From assembly GCF_006345805.1 (NCBI RefSeq), contig NW_021832601.1, positions 1 through 64,000 on the forward strand: 64,000 bases of DNA, in the 5' to 3' direction. The stretch comes from Octopus sinensis. Taxonomy: Eukaryota. The notes under the pieces are model-generated. The model did no database searches. It was not told where the DNA came from and saw only the letters and a list, made by a program, of their open reading frames with translations. The position numbers and the translations under genes are program-made. This document shows positions 61,000-64,000 of the stretch, piece after piece (the stretch's first letter is position 1; every line of letters starts with the position of its first letter).

Positions 61000-62590
61000 C
61001 ACTTCAACAATTGCATAATCGCTGCAGACCGAAAATACATTCCTAAAGGATTCATCCTCGGGCAAAACCACTTTTCACAAAGGAGATCATTGACCTCATA
61101 AAAGAGAGACGGGCAATAAAGAGGAATGGCGTCCGGGACTCCAACTCGGGTTCCATATTATCAAGTATTAACGGGATAATCACTGACCACATTCTACAAA
61201 ACAAAAGAGCCAGGTGGAAAGAGTTTGTATCTAGACTGGATCATCGTACCAACCCAACTGAATTTTGAAACGCATTGAAATCTATTTCTTCCGGACAGAT
61301 CTTACACACTTCCATTCACGAATCTGGGATAAATAACGCCTCCGCTCGAAGTCATTTCGAGAACAAGCGGACAGCTCATCTGTCAGATCAACATGGACAG
61401 ATCAAATCGTGTATATATATTAAATCCCCCTCCGTCACCAAACGTCTCTCCGATCAAGATAGACTGGTTGGACATACGTGCCCTAATCTTGGACGCTTAG
61501 AATTTGCCGGCAAAAGACCTAGACGGAATATGGATTCATCATCTAAAAAACCTTGGGCCGAATGGACTTCGAGTCATCACGGACATCTTTCAAACTTCAT
61601 TGAACGTTGGATATGTCCTCATGTTATGGGAACAATCAACTATAATCCCAACACTCAAGCCGAAAAAGGATCCTCGGGACCCAGGTTCTTTCCGGCCCAT
61701 CTCTCTGCTTTGTGTCGCTTCGAAAGTTTTGGAGAGATTCATTTTGAAACACATATATCCGCACATCAACCTGTCTAGATCCTAACATGGTTTCCACCCA
61801 TCTTACTTCACCTCTACGCACCTAACAAAACTAACGGACTTCATTGCGGATAGTTTTAACAACAAAAAGCCACCACTTCGCACAATTCTGGTTTCGATCT
61901 ACATCGCAAAAGCCTTCGACAAGACTTCCCGTCATTTTCTTTCAAATAAGATTACAGCGACGAGCATTCCTCCAATAATTCAAAAATGGCTCAAGTCGTT
62001 CATATCCGGCAGACTGGGTCGCACTTTGTTCATGTCGAGGACGTCGCACGCGCGATACTTACCGAATGGAGTTCCGCAAGGATCGGCCCTCTCCCCGGCC
62101 TTGTTTAACTTCCACCTGAGCAGTTTACCTGAGCTGGAAGAAACTTTGATCCTGTTTTATGCTGATGATTTGATCTTGGCGGCTCGGGACAAGAACATTT
62201 CAACTGCTTCCACACGCCTACAAACTCATCTGAATTTATTGGAGTCTTGGGTTGTAACAAACCACCTCTCACCCTCTCTCTCCAAGTCCAGTGTTACGTT
62301 GTTCACCAGTGACCGTCGCCAGCTAGATCAGCATTCAGAGCTGAAAATCTTTGGAGAACGCCTCCCCATCTCAAAAACTCCGAAAATCCTGACATTTCTT
62401 CCTAATCGTCGAACCTGGCTATTGGTCTTCTCCTCCGGACCATCTATGCCTATTGCTTCGAGAAGCTTTCTCCGGACCGGGCCTTCAGTGGGCATTATGG
62501 ACTTATGGAAGCGCCCAGCACTCGCTGCTGAGCGCCTGAGGACAGCCGGCCTTCTTCAAGCTAGAGAGGTCGGGGTAACTAAATAACAAT
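61000..62590 (+). mobile_element. Degenerate LINE (I/Jockey group) RT region with deleted 3' part
   Basis: SFRPISLLCVASKVLER, KAFD, GVPQGSALSPALFN and FYADDL. It ends PALA..GLLQ..GVTK, like the 54507-55303 copy. Confidence 0.85.
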
Positions 62591-62799
62591 TGCTAAAGTG
62601 TGATTGATCTTGTTGTGCCATTTTATCCAGTCCAAACAATTGTTTTTTTTCTCAATTATCCATGGCCGTTTGTTCTGTATGTAAAATATTCAGTCCGCAT
62701 TTTTTCATCTCTCCCGTGTGGGGTTTTCTAAGGTTTGCTCTTTTTTAATTCATAACTGGAAGTGCCAAGGATGTCTTGTGCCTTCCATTAACCTTTGTT

Positions 62800-63833
62800 C
62801 AGTCGCTGCGATTACTTCTTCCTAGTGCTTATTAGAAGTGATTATGGAAGACTTCTCGAGGTTAAAATCTGAATTTGCGAAAATTAGGCTTTCGTTAAAT
62901 GGCGATAAATGTGAAGTAGTAGGACTTTCGGGGCCACTAACAATTCAGAGTAATGCTTTTAGGTCTTTACGGAGAAGATTGACGACCAGATTTTGTGATT
63001 TTTGGTTTTCCTATTTGTGACAGCAAAAAAGATTTTGGATCTGTGCATTCGAATCCGTCATTTTGAGTCTCATTTGGGGTTATTCTTACTCAAAAACTTT
63101 CTTTACATCCTTCGGCTGACCTATTTGCTCTGCACATCTTTTTATTGTTTACATCAAAAACTTCTGGCTTTGGATGACGGTGTTGTTTTGTCTTTACACT
63201 TCCTTTTGAACATCATATTTACTAAGGTTTGATATTCTCGTGCTGCGCTCCCACTTTGCCTTGGGGTATTGGGGTTCTTTCTTGTGCAGATCTTGCCTTG
63301 CTATCTCTTCTCATCCGCTTCTGGAAATTTCTTTTGCTCTGTTTTTATAAATTTACCCGAACTCGGCGAGTTTATTGAATACCTTGTTGCTGTTCACGCC
63401 TGGAGATAGCTCGGACTTGACCTTCCAGAAAATCCTTCCATGCAAATCGTTGTTCACATGAATATTTTAAAGTTGAAAGAACGAAGTTCAATTTCAGAAT
63501 CGTCATGTGATATCTTAAAGCAATTAATTAAACTCTTTCTCGCCTCAGAACCTGCTGATGTCCGCATCCGCCCCTGGATCTATTGTCACGACCGCGGAAT
63601 GCAAAAAGATGCGGAAGTACTCCTCACTTACGGAGAAGTTCCAATTCCTTCCATTCGCGGTTGGGACTTACGGTTCTTTGGGCGGTAAGGTAATCAGCTT
63701 CGTTCAGGAGATCGGCTCCCGCATATCTGCTATCACAGGCGACGCCCGCGAATCAAGATGGTTTTTCGAGCGGATATCCCTTGCGATAGTACGCTCCAAT
63801 CCTTTCTCGATCGCGTTGGCTACCCGTCCATGA
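62800..63833 (+). mobile_element. Degenerate CRE retrotransposon 3' region
   Basis: LSLNGDKCEV; KYSSLTEKFQFLPFAVGTYGSLG..SFVQEIGSRI..WFFERISLAIVRSN. Confidence 0.8.
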
Positions 63834-64000
63834 AGCTTTCAACACTTTACCGAATTCTTTTTTCGTAATAAACTAATCACCCCATTAATTAAACCGATCA
63901 ATCAAAGTAAATGCAGGATAAGCATCCAATTGAACGAGTCAACTGACATTTCTAATGTCTGTCAGCAGGTGTCCTATGTTTGCCTTTTTGATCATGTAAA

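Overview
AT-rich animal genomic window, not bacterial. Genes are compact and split by spliceosomal micro-introns, mostly 22-38 nt, as in highly reduced parasitic metazoans such as dicyemids, myxozoans or orthonectids; the taxon cannot be fixed from sequence alone. Host genes recognised by hand translation and splicing: SMIM12, a phospholipid scramblase, an intronless 7-repeat protocadherin, UBXN6, GTF3C3, a RING-finger protein, ATOS/FAM214, lipoyl synthase LIAS, WDR91, a Myc-like bHLH-ZIP, a two-EF-hand protein and mitochondrial Lon. Most intergenic space is nested transposon sequence: hAT, Tc1, pogo, Helitron, two Ginger-type integrase DNA transposons, and CRE, R4-like and APE-type non-LTR retrotransposons. 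The most notable observations are: (1) a TIR-bounded TGT..ACA Ginger-like transposon whose integrase carries 24-29 nt introns, and a second TGT..ACA element with an exact 5-bp TSD; (2) a complete hAT whose transposase also has micro-introns; (3) an 836-bp dispersed repeat hiding a multi-exon reading frame, a relative of which may splice into the EF-hand gene; (4) a Helitron carrying a ~94-bp satellite array, inserted about 75 bp upstream of ATOS; (5) an apparent non-GT donor intron in the scramblase. All family assignments come from remembered motifs; no database search was run. Boundaries of degenerate fragments are approximate.
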